A DNA stretch of 63,725 nt, filler included, from Reticulomyxa filosa (GCA_000512085.1; 17 parts of 17 records of this genome joined end to end with filler, not necessarily neighbours in it), one strand, 5' to 3'. Shown: positions 1 through 14,123, counted from the whole stretch's first letter. A program made the numbers and translations. Notes: generated by a model from the sequence alone, not told the origin.

Positions 1-34
<34 letters not shown>

Positions 35-343
35 CTCTTTCTTTCAAAAAATTAAAAAAAAATCTTATTGTATACGTATGTATGTGTAATTTTTGTTGTG
101 ACAGCAAGATACATTGACATTCTTCATCCAAGACAGATTAGGCTATTGTCCCTACAGAGCACGCAGAATAATCCGAGTTTAGAGCAAATGCACACATAGA
201 CACATAATTACGAATACATGTTAGTTTGTAAATGACCTCATTTGTTTTACTAAAAGAGATAACTCTAACTGTTGTTTGATTTGATAAAACAACCAAATAA
301 ATAACAATCGAACAATAACAAACAACGATAAAAGGATATTGCG

Positions 344-753
344 ATGTCTTCTCCAAAGCAAATTCAATGGTCATGGATTGACTTTGAACCTCATTATCGT
401 AAATTAGATACGTCCAAGGATCCCACCATACTGCTGGCTAATGCCATATTCCGTGGATTGGATCCAGAAGGAACTGGCATAGTCTCTTCCCCTTTGCTCT
501 TAGCTTTATTCGAAGATATCAATTTGAGAATGAGGCCTGTTATTGATAAAATTGAATCACAACCTGAAATGAGGTGTGCTATTTTTTTCTTTTATTGCCA
601 TACTTTATTTATGAACAAACACAAATTGCTTGCTATAGTTTCAACGAAGTCCACAAAGGACTGAAGAAGGCGTTTGATGATGGGTTTGACATGTCGGATT
701 TGTTGTCAATTGACCATATTGTAAAAGCTGCTGAAAAGAAGAAAAAACCGTAG
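344..753 (+). CDS. Small protein with one EF-hand-like motif, 2 exons (344-573, 639-753)
   Basis: AIFRGLDPEGTGIVS resembles an EF-hand helix-loop. Removing GT-AG intron 574-638 gives in-frame SFNEVHKGLKKAFDDGFDMSDLLSIDHIVKAAEKKKKP*. Confidence 0.6.
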
Positions 754-2069
754 TTGATTTCTTTTTGCATCAAATGCAGCTTTAAAAATATGTTTCAATT
801 TTGTAAATGTAATTTTTTGATTTTTTTTAAAGCATAAAAAAAGTTTATTGCAAAAACGGCATGTCTAATTTTTAGTCAAAATAAACAACTTTGTTAAGTG
901 ACAACCAAAAATCATGTGGTGTACAATAAAAATCCTCCAAATTAATATCTAAAAGGACTTTTTAAATGAAAATTATTTTAAAAATGAAGTTCAGATTTTG
1001 TGATGGATGTATACGTTGTTTTTGTTGAGACTTCTGAGTTTTGGTGCTTAGTTTCATTTTGTGGAGCAACAAATGGAAAACGTCATGATCCACATAGAAA
1101 AGTTGTTTTTTAATTTGATTGTCATAAATAGAAATGATGTAATCAAAGTGGCGCAACATCTAAGACTACTCTTCTTTTTTTTCATATTCAGTTCGTTTTT
1201 ATTTTGAAGGTGGGCGGTACTATGAAGTTGGTACTCTTTCTTCGACTGTGAAGATAACAACGACATAACTGCATAATACACATCGATCTGACTGTTGCCA
1301 ATGTTAGGAGAGATCACAGTCAACAAACGTATTTGGGCTATGATGATAGCACTTTTTTTCGGATGATGCTGTCACGTCGGATGCCCTGGATTTACACTGG
1401 CTCTTCTCTTTCTTTTCCAGTAGCTGTTGCACTTTCGCAAAAGAATGCATTAGCAAGGAAGCCCTCAGAAATGAGTTGCATATTATGTAAGTTTGGGTTG
1501 TGACGTTATTTTGAAGAAGAGCCAAACTACGTTACAGAATCAAAAAAACTTTTTGAAAAAGAGAAACTTTTTCTTCAGGAGGAAAAATAAATATTAATTA
1601 AGAAAAAAGTATGAATAATATTTGATTAAGGATTCATTCCATTGCTGAGATGTTTTTGGAATCACACCTTTGTAAAAGAAGGAAAAATGAAAAAAGCAAA
1701 CTTGTTGAAATTTTTTACAACATTTCAAGTTGTTTCTAAAATGTCAAAATTGCAACTTTTGTATCTTTTTTATAAACATCTACGAGCTACACGTTACTTT
1801 ACTGAAGAGAAAAAGGATTTCTTTTTTTGGTTGTCCATTCTTGTGCCACTTTGTCTTTGGTGTGATATTACCAATATTCCACTCAGTATTGAAAAAAAAT
1901 ATATGTTCCACTCTACTAAAGAAAAATATTGCGGTTGAAGTCCACTCCACATTGGACAAAAAATGAAAGGGTTTGTATGTTTTGTTTTATTATAAAAAGT
2001 TTGTTTGTGTATTTGTCAACATGTATGCCACAGCCAACAAAAAAAATTGTTTTTATCCCTTAACATATA

Positions 2070-3405
2070 CAGTAGAACGCTAAGTAAAGTTTAAACATAA
2101 AATGGCACCTTATAGAGATGATTGATTTTCTTCATGAAAAAACAACATTCAGACCTAATTTTTTTAAAAAATATCTACAAATAGTGTATTTTTTAAATAT
2201 CATTTTGGTTTTTTATTAAATCTTTACTAATTGTTTAAAAAATTTGTCAATTTTTTCTCGAAAATTTTCAAAAATGAATAAAATATTCAATCGTGCATAT
2301 GTCGTAAATATGAAACTTGCCAACTTTTTTTTAAGTATTTTCAGAAAGTCCTCAATGCGTAGATATTTGTAAAAAAAAGATTAGTCTTCTACGTTGCGTA
2401 GTTTTTGAGAAAACTCAATTTTTTGTTAAAAAAAAATTTTTTTTGTAAAATTCAATGTTATTTTGCAAAGTTTGTACATTGTGAAGGTATGATGGTTTTT
2501 GACTACTGTTTGCTTTGTCTTTACTTATTATTGGTTTTTTTGCTTTTTTTTGTATAGTACCAATTAAATCAAGTTAATTCAAAAGCAATAGAACTGAAAT
2601 TTTTTTTTGTGGTAAGATTGTTTTACTTCTTGTATTTTCTTTGGCATTGATTTTGTTAAGTTTATGCATGTTTATTTGCATTTTTTTCCATTTTAATTTA
2701 AATTGTTTCTGTAGTTCTTCTTTTGATCCGAATGGTCCATTTTTGAATACTTTCGTTTTCACTATCCACCACATATTTTCGATTTGGTTCAGGTCTGGAG
2801 AATTTAGATTGAAATTTAATACTTTGATAGCATTTTGTTCAAACTATTTTTTTGATATAATTTCTGTGTGACTAGTGGCATTATCTTCTAAATATCAATT
2901 AATGCTTTTTGAGCATTTCATCAACTAGAATTTCTTTGTAAATATATCATTGACACATTAATTAATGTTACATGCATAAACATGTCATAACACTACAAAG
3001 CAAGACAACACGATTATACTTCAACCAATTTTTGATGTTTTTATGATGAACATCATATTCAATTTATGCACGCATTCATGACTTACACAAAATTGTTTTG
3101 CAACTTTGCGCAAACTCCAGCACTGACGCAACAGCTCAACAGTACGTCTTTTGTTAAAATTCTCAATCCTTTAGTAAGTTTTAAAATTTAAAAACTCAAA
3201 TATCGAACAACATTAAGCTAAAAAAAAGGAAAATAAGAATAAAATATTAAAATAATTAGTAATGATTTAATAAAAAACATAAAAGTACACGATTTGTAGA
3301 TATTTTTTTAAAAAAAATTAGTTCTGAATGTTGTTTTTCATGTAGAAAATCAATCATCTCTATAAGGTGCCATTTTAGTTGTCAACTTTACTTTGCGTTC
3401 TACTG
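2070..3405 (-). mobile_element. Defective Tc1-family (DD34E) DNA transposon, 1336 bp
   Basis: TA|CAGTAGAACGC...GCGTTCTACTG|TA ends with imperfect TIRs longer than 100 bp. Minus strand has an HTH remnant KRRTVELLRQCWSLRKVAKQFCVSHECVHKL (~3059-3167) and catalytic remnant EDNATSH...NSPDLNQIENMW, with 34 codons between D (2883-2885) and E (2778-2780). In-frame TAG at 2844-2846. Confidence 0.93.
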
Positions 3406-5016
3406 TATAAAAAAATTATTTGTCTTTGTGTATGCGTATACAGACCATCAAATAATCAAGTAGGATAACCCGAAAGTGAAGTGGAGTTAAAAGAGTTGAC
3501 AACATAATAAAAAATAATATAAAACTATCAAATCAATAAACAATCGCTTTGCATTAATTCTCGTATACGTTTAAGTTCTAGCTTCGAAACATTATTCCAT
3601 TGATTATTTCAATGTTCTTCATTCATCATCTGTTTCAAAAATATTATACATTATCTGATAGAATACTGTCATTTTTATTTTCTAATTGCCGCATATTATT
3701 TAAACTATTCTGTCATCATGCCATCCATCATTTCATCAATGTTCACGCTTTTGCTGCCATTTTGTAATTTGTTCCAAACTTGTAAATACAAATCACATTG
3801 TTTTTTATTATTGTCAATATCTAATTTCTCTTCATTTTCTAGTAGCAATCGTTGATACTTTTTTTTTAACTTTTTTTTTTCTTTTCAACTTTTTTTTTAA
3901 ACGAGAAAATGATATAATGAAAAAAAAATTAAATAATAAACCTTTTCAGCAATTGTTTGTATTTGCTCTTTCAAAGATTCGACATTGAAAAAAGAAAAAT
4001 CATTTTTCTTAAATTCACTTCTAATGGCTTGTCCGTTGTGTTTTCATCAAAGGATGACAATATTGTATTGAAAAACTCTTTTATTTCATCATCGTCATTT
4101 TCGATTGTGTGCTTTACTCGTTCACACTTGCATTCACTGTTGCTACAGCTTCATCTATTATATCTATCTCTTGGTCTTTGTTTGCTTTATTCTTTGTTTA
4201 GCCTAATTCGTCCGACTTTGTTTCATTCAATGATATCATCTGATTGTCTTTCTCATTCTAGGAGTAATTGCCCTTTTCTATTGAATTTTGTGGCTGCCAT
4301 GAACATGCTTACAAATCTTTTCTTACTTGTCACATATAATTTGTATACTTTTTCGATTAAATTGTTAATTCTTCCAACACTTTATAGTACAAGTCACTAC
4401 TATAAATACTTGAACGTAAATGGAACTGATGAATCCCCAGTAGGCTAAACTTTCTTCAAAACTTACTTCTTTCTCCTTTGTCTATTTCCTTTCATTTCTT
4501 CTCAATTTACGTTTTACTTATTTAATTTGATTTCGTTTCACGGAATTTACCCTTTCTTTAAGTAGCAAATCTCTCGTATTACAGTTAGTGTGGACTGTTA
4601 GAAGCAGACGTCCCACAACTTTACGTTTTTCAAGTTTCCAATTTGCGTTTTAGTAGAAGCGCTTTCATTATAAGTACAGTTTTTTTGCAGCCTTATCTTT
4701 AGCAACGTTTGGTTGTTATTGTAAATTTACCTACATGCCAAAGAAAGGATCAAAACCAACTCTTGTTCAAAACATAAAAATTGAAAGTTTATATATGTCT
4801 TCTTATTTAAAAATTTCATGTTTCAAGTTCAAAAAGAAAAATTTCAAGCTATTGTTTTTTTTAACAAATGATATTCTTCGTTACAGAAAATACTTATGTT
4901 TTTTTCCAGTAAATCCGTTTGTTTGTTTGAAAAGGAGAACGTGAGCGACTCGCTCCTCTAAACTCTTCTGTAACAAAATTTGTCTTAACAGCTAATTCAG
5001 GCTAATCAAAGATTAG

Positions 5017-6847
<1,831 letters not shown>

Positions 6848-7154
6848 GACTGAATGTAAATATTTTTTTGCTGTATATATAGTTTTTTTTAAAAAAAAGG
6901 TCAGACAACGCAAGCCATCACAACCATTTCAGCAACTTTTCAAATTTTCTCCAAGAAATATTTGATGTTTAACAAACAAATTTTTAACCTGCCTGACTTT
7001 CTAAATTTAAAATTAGAATTTAAGAAAATACTGTTTCAAAATAAAAACACAGCAATGAAGATAACGAGTTGTTGTGATCGTCTGCAGCTGATGTGACACC
7101 AGGAAAGGGAAAACACTTTTTTTTGGACTCAATCCACACAATATTTAAGAAATC

Positions 7155-8000
7155 ATGGATAAACTAGGCTATTTATTGCTGTTCGTATTCTTTCTCATTC
7201 TTAGTTGGCTAGTTGCATTACCGCTGCTCTGCTATCGTTTAAATGTGTATCTCGGCTACCAAAAACACACGGCAATAGCCAAGCGAAAGCCAATAAAACT
7301 AGTGAAATTGTTTTGCGGGCTCGTGCTGTATTTAGTTACAGTGCTTAACACACTGTATGTATTGTCCGTGACCAGCACACACATGGACTGGCCACACGAC
7401 AATTTACTTTCGCGGTGTATTGACATCTTTACAAGCATCACGTATTCATATGCTCTTTACGGCTATTTGTATATTATTCTCTGGCAATACTGGGTTAATT
7501 TTTATCAAGTTGAGGATACAATTTTTAAAAAAATTTCGGAGGACTAGGATATCGGAAACAAACAAAACAACCCCATATTAAAGGTGAACTATGCAATTCA
7601 AGTCAAGCAAAGCGAGTGGAAGAAAATCCTCACTAAAGACAAAGGTATTAAAAAAAAAAAAAAACAGGGATACCATACTTTATCGTGTATATACGTACGT
7701 ATGCGTGTACACGTATTCACTAGTCTCTACCATCTCTCTTTGCAAACAAACAAATTAGATGAGATAAGCAGTTGGTTTGTTCGGCATAAAAGCACGTACG
7801 GAAAGCTCGAATGGATTGGTACTCGCGTGTTCATGCTATACCTGTTTGTGGCGACGTTTATCTTTGTATCATACATGGGCGTAAATATAGGCTGGTGGGA
7901 CGAACAATTGGCATATTTTTGTGATACAACTGCGTACACCGCCCTTTTGGGCCTGAGTTTTTTTTATGGATCGGTACCCCTGCGTTTGTTGATAGGTTGG
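7155..8000 (+). CDS. Multi-pass membrane protein, 3' truncated at contig end; possibly N-terminal half of a 7TM-RGS protein
   Basis: ORFs 7155-7547 and 7584-8153 hold about 5 hydrophobic helices separated by intron-like poly-A tracts. The family assignment is inference. Confidence 0.55.
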
Positions 8001-8101
8001 TTATTTTCTCATTGTAGTATGCGTACTTGTTTTTTTTTTTTAAATTTGAAGGAGGAAGGGGGGGGGGGGGGGGGTTGGTTTTTTTTTTTTTTTTTTTTTT
8101 T

Positions 8102-8201
8102 NNNNNNNNNNNNNNNNNNNNNNNNNNNNNNNNNNNNNNNNNNNNTTAATTAATTAANNNNNNNNNNNNNNNNNNNNNNNNNNNNNNNNNNNNNNNNNNN
8201 N
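8102..8201. other. Artificial contig spacer N44-TTAATTAATTAA-N44 (first of 16)
   Basis: Identical 100-bp spacers with a six-frame stop core start at 8102, 12371, 18183, 20142, 22819, 23990, 27745, 36005, 37105, 39007, 41168, 43242, 48299, 49462, 53005 and 55104. Confidence 0.98.
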
Positions 8202-8373
8202 ACAAAGCCCTTTTCGAACTATAATAAACAGAGTCAAATAATGTAGCTTATTTTTCTTACATTGGAGAAAACGAATAACGCAATATATAGTTTAACTCAT
8301 ATGCAAGATCAAATTTCGTAAACTGGGTTTGCCTTTTTCCTAATAAAAACTTTTTCTTTTAGGGGATTTTTCC

Positions 8374-9903
8374 ATGGATTATAACACGATATTTTGGATC
8401 TTGATTTCTTGTGGTTTGGCAACACTTGTGACCTCATTTCTGTTTGGTGGCCTTGGAAAGCCTAAAAAACAACAAAATAAGCAAAATGACGCAGCGTCGT
8501 CAACGTTGTCAAAAAAAAATTCCCCGATCGATGAAATCTCGGCTTACAAAGTACGGTGAGACAAAATTGGATGAAGTTCATCACACATTTCCATTGAAAC
8601 TACCACCGAAGCTTGTTTTGGTGACGGATTTGGACTTTACCTTATTTGGGATCAGTCCCAATGAAACATTGGAGCAAGCCCAGTCATATCTTCGAGTAAA
8701 AAGGAAAAAAAAAAAAAAGAGGAGGGGAGGGTAGGAAGGAAGAAAAAGAGGGAGTATATTAGATTACTAATTGAACAGTGAGAAGAAATATATCCAATAA
8801 CCAATGGACCCACATAAAAAAACATGTAGGAGTTCAATAAATTGTGGTGCAGCAAATACGCTCCCAACAACTGTGTGTTAATCTATGCGACAGGCCGATC
8901 ACTGCCAAAATATGAAACGGCACTGAATGAATATACGGAATTGTTGAAGCCCGATATATTGATATGTAAAGACGGAGTGGATATTCATTGGTTTAACAAA
9001 CATTTGGCGCAATTGGTGCAAGCGCAATCAACACGACAAATCGGTAAACATTACTAACTATGTTTCGAGAGAAAGACATATATTAAAAACAAATAAAAAT
9101 AAATGTCGACGATTTGATCAAAAATAAATAAAAATAGATTTAGATTTTGATGATGAGATGGAACACCACGAATTTGAATGGTTCGATCGTAGTTGGGAAG
9201 CCACATTAAAGCAAGGCTGGGATCAAGAGTTTGCTGAGTCATTACATCACGAATGGAAAAAAACACACAAAATGCCTGAGCTACCACCAGGAAGCAATTA
9301 CTTGGAACAATTTCGTGTGGCTGTTATGACTTTTTCAATGGAAGAAGCAATGGAGGCCAAAGATTTTTTTATCAAACGTGTCGAAGAGTACAACCGACAG
9401 ATTGAAACTGAACTCAGTTTTGAAAAAAAAAAGAGGAAAAAATGTAGAGTTTTTTTTGAATTTTTTGTTTTTTGCTGTTGTTAAATTGATTAGACGCAAT
9501 GAACCCTTCGGAACGAAAAAACAGTAAAAAACATCGGATGGAAATTCATGCCTTTTATTGTATCGAAAGAAGTACGAGCCATTGGTGGGCGGCACTTTGT
9601 CCTGCTCGCGCTGGTAAAGGATGTGCTGTGGATTGGGTTCGCCAGAGACTGCATTGCGAAACTGGTGAAAACTTTATCGTGTGTGGAGACAGCGGAAATG
9701 ATATTTCTATGTTGAGTTTACCCAAATATCATGCTGTTATCGTAAAAAATTGCAGTCGTGAATTACAAGATTACTATGAGGCACATGGAGAATTGAAAGG
9801 AAAGTATATATACTTAGCAAACAAAAATATAACCTGTGGAGTAATGGAAGGTTTGGAATATTTTAGCACTCGAATATCACAAGACTGGGGTATTGATCAA
9901 TGA
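8374..9903 (+). CDS. HAD-IIB hydrolase of the sucrose-phosphate phosphatase-like family with N-terminal membrane anchor, multi-exon
   Basis: HAD motifs LVTDLDFTL, IYATGRS, GKGCAV and CGDSGNDISML, plus AVIVKN. Hydrophobic N-terminus. Frameshift in the A-run at ~8511-8519. Confidence 0.85.
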
Positions 9904-10466
9904 ATTTATCTTCCAGCACTTTCTTTTTCCAGTTTAAGAATGATTAAAAAAGGAAAATAAAAAAATCTTTTCCTTTAATGTGACAACTACTTTAATCATG
10001 AATACTTCAACACCTGAAGCATTGTAAATGGCTGCTTCAGTGTCAAAAAAAAATGATTTATTTACTCGTAAAAAGAAAAATAATCTTAAAAATCTGTTTT
10101 CTACGAAATTTGTATCCAGTTCACAGATATGTCACTTTGGAAATTTGTCTTGCACAAAACAACTAAAAATGACCTCCAACTACAGGCCTACACAACCAAA
10201 ACAAGCAAGGAAGTCCAAGTATCACAATGTTGAGTCAAAGAGGAGAAATACTATCAAATAAACAAAAAAATATGTTCGGTGTTGTCCCAGAGTAGAAACC
10301 ACAAAACAACGGAACAAAAAAAAAGCACCTTTTTGGTAATATAAAAATAACGGTGATAAGAAACAAAAAAATGTTAATAAAATAAACGACCATATGAAGT
10401 TCTTTTTTTTTTTGGACAATAGCCAAAAGAAAAAAAAAAAGTCGGGCTAACGAACCAAATTTAACT

Positions 10467-12370
10467 TTAAATCGCAATATTCTGAATCAAACAATATTTC
10501 GATGTTGAGTCAAATTGCCAGTGTTTTGTCCAGCAATTTGATTTTCCATAGTCCTCGCAACATAATTTCTTAGTGTAGCATTTTTGCAAATTGAGTCTGT
10601 TTATGTAAATTTGTTTACAAATAAAGCAATAACGCACGCATAATACATTTGTACACACACCATGTGAAGTGTTCGGTTGAACAATTTCTGATGACACGAA
10701 TGCATTTCGTGCAAATGCGATATGCAAATCTCGACCACGGAATTGAGAGCCATGAAAAAGCATCAGTAGCTGGCATGCAACATCTACACTTGAGCACAAA
10801 AGAAAAGCTTGGCTTGGTGGATTAGGGATAGCTTTGACATGGAGATGATAGTCACCACCAAAGTATTTGAAGAGATCTTCTTGAGTACAATGTTCTGGCA
10901 AATTGGAGACGAGGAGCATGTGCGAGGGCTTCGCAATCGACGAAGAAGAATGCTTTGTGGATATGGAGCCATTGGACATGGCAGTCATTGGTCTCATGTC
11001 CATGAATTCGGTATCGATTGCAGTTGTCCCAAAATTGCACAGGGTTTTGTTGGTGGCTACATTTCCATTTTTTGCAACAGCATGCCGATGCATTTTGATA
11101 TTAGTATAGTCTTTGGTCAAGAGTTTTGCGTCAGGAAACATCGTATTGCTTGTGGGCGAATCTTTGGGCAATTTGACTCTTGCCATTCGTGACAATGACA
11201 CATGGACCATTTTGCCAAACAATTGAACCCCATCCAAGCAATGCATGACAGTAGACGCTTGACGATGATTCTGCATTTGCACAAATGCAGTGTCTCTTCG
11301 ATTGTAACTAATTTTCACTCGACGCACATCTCCAAATGCTTCACACAATGCAAAGAGCCGATCACAGTTTATTTCCTCTTCGTTCAAATTATTGATCATC
11401 ACCACCGAGGTTTGAATTGTCGATCCCCCGTTGCCGTGTTTCTTTGTCGGTGATGCATCTCCTCCACTGCCAGAGGACGAGCAACTCTCCTGAATCTGCT
11501 CATCTGTCATCGCACTGTTGGAAGTGTCTCTCGCCACATCGATATACGTACCACCAGCCACGTTCGACACATTTACGCCGGCAGTTAATCGGCCATTGCT
11601 ACCAAAGTCACGAAGCATAGATAAGGGCATGTGCAGCAGTGGATTATGTCCTGATAATCCCAGTACGTCACCATTCAGAGATTGGCCGTTCATCACATTG
11701 CTACTATCATTTGCATACACACGATTGCTACCATTGTTGTGATTGTTGTGCGACGAATAATTGAATACATGATTTGGTAACACATTCGTATTCATGCTTT
11801 GAAACAACATATTATTAGTGTTATTGCTACTGCTTCCATTCAAATTACTGCTGTTCGTATTCGTATTTGCTTCTTGACTATACGTACCTTTCATCCCGGC
11901 AGATGTATTTGGTATACGTGTGTTTACACTCATAGTCGTGGACAAAGGAGCACCAACAAATGCCAAGCGGTTATTTCTCATTGGGATCTGCGAAGGTGCT
12001 TTTGAAACATTATCCAAGCGTACTCCTGTCGGAATTCCAGTTGCATTGTTCACATTGAAGGAGTTATTCCACAGCACTGGCCGTCGACAAAAATAAACAA
12101 GAAAAGCAAAAAAAAAACAAGTTGACAATGCAAGTTATTAAAGTTGTGCACGTGTTTTATTAAACAAATTTTTTTTTTTTTGAAGTAAACAAACTCGTTG
12201 GAACAAGGGAATTGAGAGGAGCTGTGTGGCCCGTCGTAAATAGACCAACTGCCGCTGTATGTGCGTCGTTACTGTTATTTCTGTTATCATATTGGCTGTC
12301 ATTGTGCTTTAGATTATTATTATTATTATTATTATTATTTAAACCGATATTACCATTACCATTGCCATTG
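10467..12370 (-). CDS. PTB/hnRNP-L-like RRM RNA-binding protein, 5' truncated
   Basis: SVVMINNLNEEEINCDRLFALCEAFGDVRRVKISYNRRDTAFVQM...LFGKMVHVSLS matches PTB RRM3, and PSHMLLVSNLP...LHIAFA matches RRM4. Asn-rich linker. The exact 3' end is uncertain. Confidence 0.85.
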
Positions 12371-12731
12371 NNNNNNNNNNNNNNNNNNNNNNNNNNNNNN
12401 NNNNNNNNNNNNNNTTAATTAATTAANNNNNNNNNNNNNNNNNNNNNNNNNNNNNNNNNNNNNNNNNNNNAACGTCAGTTATGGATAAACGGGTAGAAAG
12501 ACATGCTTAAAAGTAGGCTTAGTTTGCTTGAAAGAATATGCAACAAAGCATGCGAGGATATTAATGAAGAAATTAGTTACAGACCTATGCCTTGTATGCT
12601 CCAGGTTCATGTGGTTTTTCATGATATGGAAAATGGATTCTATGTTAAACCTTTTTCGGAGGGAGCGTTTAAGGAAAAAATATGGGTTATTTAACTGCTT
12701 TTGCGGATCTGGCTAAATATATGTATAGTTA

Positions 12732-12956
12732 TTCTGTCGCAAATTTGCATTTGCGACAGAACCCCACTTTAACCCCTCGCTCTTCCATGAATCCCTCTAC
12801 GTGCCTGTAACTTAATGGATAAGCTATATACCAACGTATTGCCAATAATATTACCTCTTTAGGAAAATGGGATCCTTTAAATTCTATTATATCTTTACAG
12901 CTTTTTGGTCTCTATTACTCTATCTTAACATAAATCTTCAATTTTGCGACAGAACC
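12732..12956 (-). mobile_element. IS6-family remnant: left IR and truncated transposase, abutting two further IR copies
   Basis: IR GGTTCTGTCGCAAAAT at 12941-12956 (-). 12765-12890 (-) reads IIEFKGSHFPKEVILLAIRWYIAYPLSYRHVEGFMEERGVKV, the IS6/IS26-type transposase N-terminus. Extra IR copies at 12749-12763 and 12732-12744. Confidence 0.9.
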
Positions 12957-13387
12957 CTAATTTATAATCTTAAGATGCGATTCAACCTCCTTTACTCCCT
13001 CTACTCTCTTTGCAACTTCTATCGCATGTAACTCTGTATCCTTATCAGACACCTCTCCTGTTAGACATACTTTTCCCTCTTCGCTCTTTATTGCAATATT
13101 GAAAGATTTGATCTTCTCATCAAAGGTATATTTACTTTTGATCTCCGCAATTATTTTCTCATCTAAATCTTTCACCGCTTCGGCTACTTTTACTGTTATC
13201 TCGGGCTTTACTTCCTTCACTCCTTCAACACTTTTCGCTAGCGCTATCGCTTTATCTTCTATAGAACTTGAACTAACTTCACCTCTTAATGTAACTACCC
13301 CATTTACTGTTTCTACATGCAAGCTATTACCCTTCATCTCAGAATCCCGTATAAATTTGCTTTGGACTCCGCAGTAATTGTTATATC
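12957..13387 (-). CDS. Two-BON-domain (OsmY-like) protein; first BON helix displaced by a 1-nt frameshift; no signal peptide
   Basis: LHVETVNGVVTLRGEV...AKSVEGVKEV and DEKIIAEIKSK...EGKVCLTGEV...AKRVEGVKEVESHL. ORF track gives 12957-13337; the BON start DITITA lies upstream in another frame. Confidence 0.88.
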
Positions 13388-13399
13388 CTTCCTAATTTC

Positions 13400-13885
13400 T
13401 TATTTTGTTACTTCTATCTTCTTGATATGAGCTTGACTATTTGTGCTCTTTGGTATCTCTATGTCAAGAACTCCATTCTTGAATCGCGCAACTATTTTAT
13501 CTGCTTCTATAGCTTCCGGCATAGAAAATGACCGTTCAAACATCCCGTAACTCCTTTCCATTATATAATGTTTCCCTTCCTTCTCTTTTTTCTCTTTCTT
13601 CTTCTCTCCCTTAATCGTCAGTACGCCATTACCGATGCTCAACTCTATGTCCTTCTCTGATAGACCTGGCAACTCTGCACTTACCTTATACCTATCAGCT
13701 TCTTCCATTATATCCACATCTAGACAAAGCATTTGATTGTCTATTTCCTTACCAAATCCTTCGTATCCAAAATCTTTTAAACAATCATTAAATAATTTAT
13801 CCATCTCATAATGCATACGACCAAATGGACTTACATTCTTCACTTGCCCTCTTTTAAAATCCCATGGTGTTAAATTCCTTCTCAT
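13400..13885 (-). CDS. Small heat-shock protein (Hsp20/alpha-crystallin family), bacterial
   Basis: VDIMEEADRYKVSAELPGL, VLTIKGEK, ERSYGMFERSFSMPE, ARFKNGVLDIEIPK and C-terminal IEV motif. GGAGG RBS at 13891-13895 precedes the ATG at 13885. Confidence 0.95.
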   Translation of the reverse strand: MRRNLTPWDFKRGQVKNVSPFGRMHYEMDKLFNDCLKDFGYEGFGKEIDNQMLCLDVDIMEEADRYKVSAELPGLSEKDIELSIGNGVLTIKGEKKKEKKEKEGKHYIMERSYGMFERSFSMPEAIEADKIVARFKNGVLDIEIPKSTNSQAHIKKIEVTK

Positions 13886-13921
13886 ATTAACCTCCAATCA
13901 ACAGTTATTTCTTATCTATTA

Positions 13922-13949
13922 ATTTAGGGTATATATCACTCCATTTCAA
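13922..13949 (-). promoter_or_regulatory. Putative RpoH (sigma-32) promoter for hsp20
   Basis: TTGAAA-N14-CCCTAAAT about 40 nt upstream of hsp20 resembles the CTTGAAA-N13-17-CCCCATNT consensus. Confidence 0.45.
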
Positions 13950-14044
13950 CCCTTAATACTCTCTCTTTTTCATCTTGCCTAATTAATCTCCTGCCCATAA
14001 TTATTACAACATCGCTAAATAACTCTACAAAAATCTGTATTCCT

Positions 14045-14120
14045 ATCCAGCCCTCACAATTTGATATCTGGACTTTAGCTCATATGAATAACTTGGTTGA
14101 AAATGTTAAATCACATTAGG
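14045..14120 (-). pseudogene. Possible IS630-family transposase C-terminal relic
   Basis: Reads PNVI*HFQPSYSYEL, then with a 1-nt shift NPDIKL*, resembling IS630 HFLPPYSPELNPIExxW. Short and degenerate. Confidence 0.3.
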
Positions 14121-14123
14121 GTT

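Noticed and set aside
962-1525. Overlapping short minus-strand ORFs
   Set aside because: No motif and no consistent splice model.
3536-4310. Coding-like acidic, coiled-coil sequence on the minus strand
   Set aside because: Multiple stops in all frames and no recognisable domain. It may be a pseudogene, but I cannot support a call.
8146-8157. Recurrent TTAATTAATTAA palindrome as a biological repeat or CRISPR-like array
   Set aside because: It is always centred in an N44/N44 block, so it is an assembly linker.
12503-12716. Short plus-strand ORFs at the start of the bacterial contig
   Set aside because: No recognisable motif; probably a fragment.
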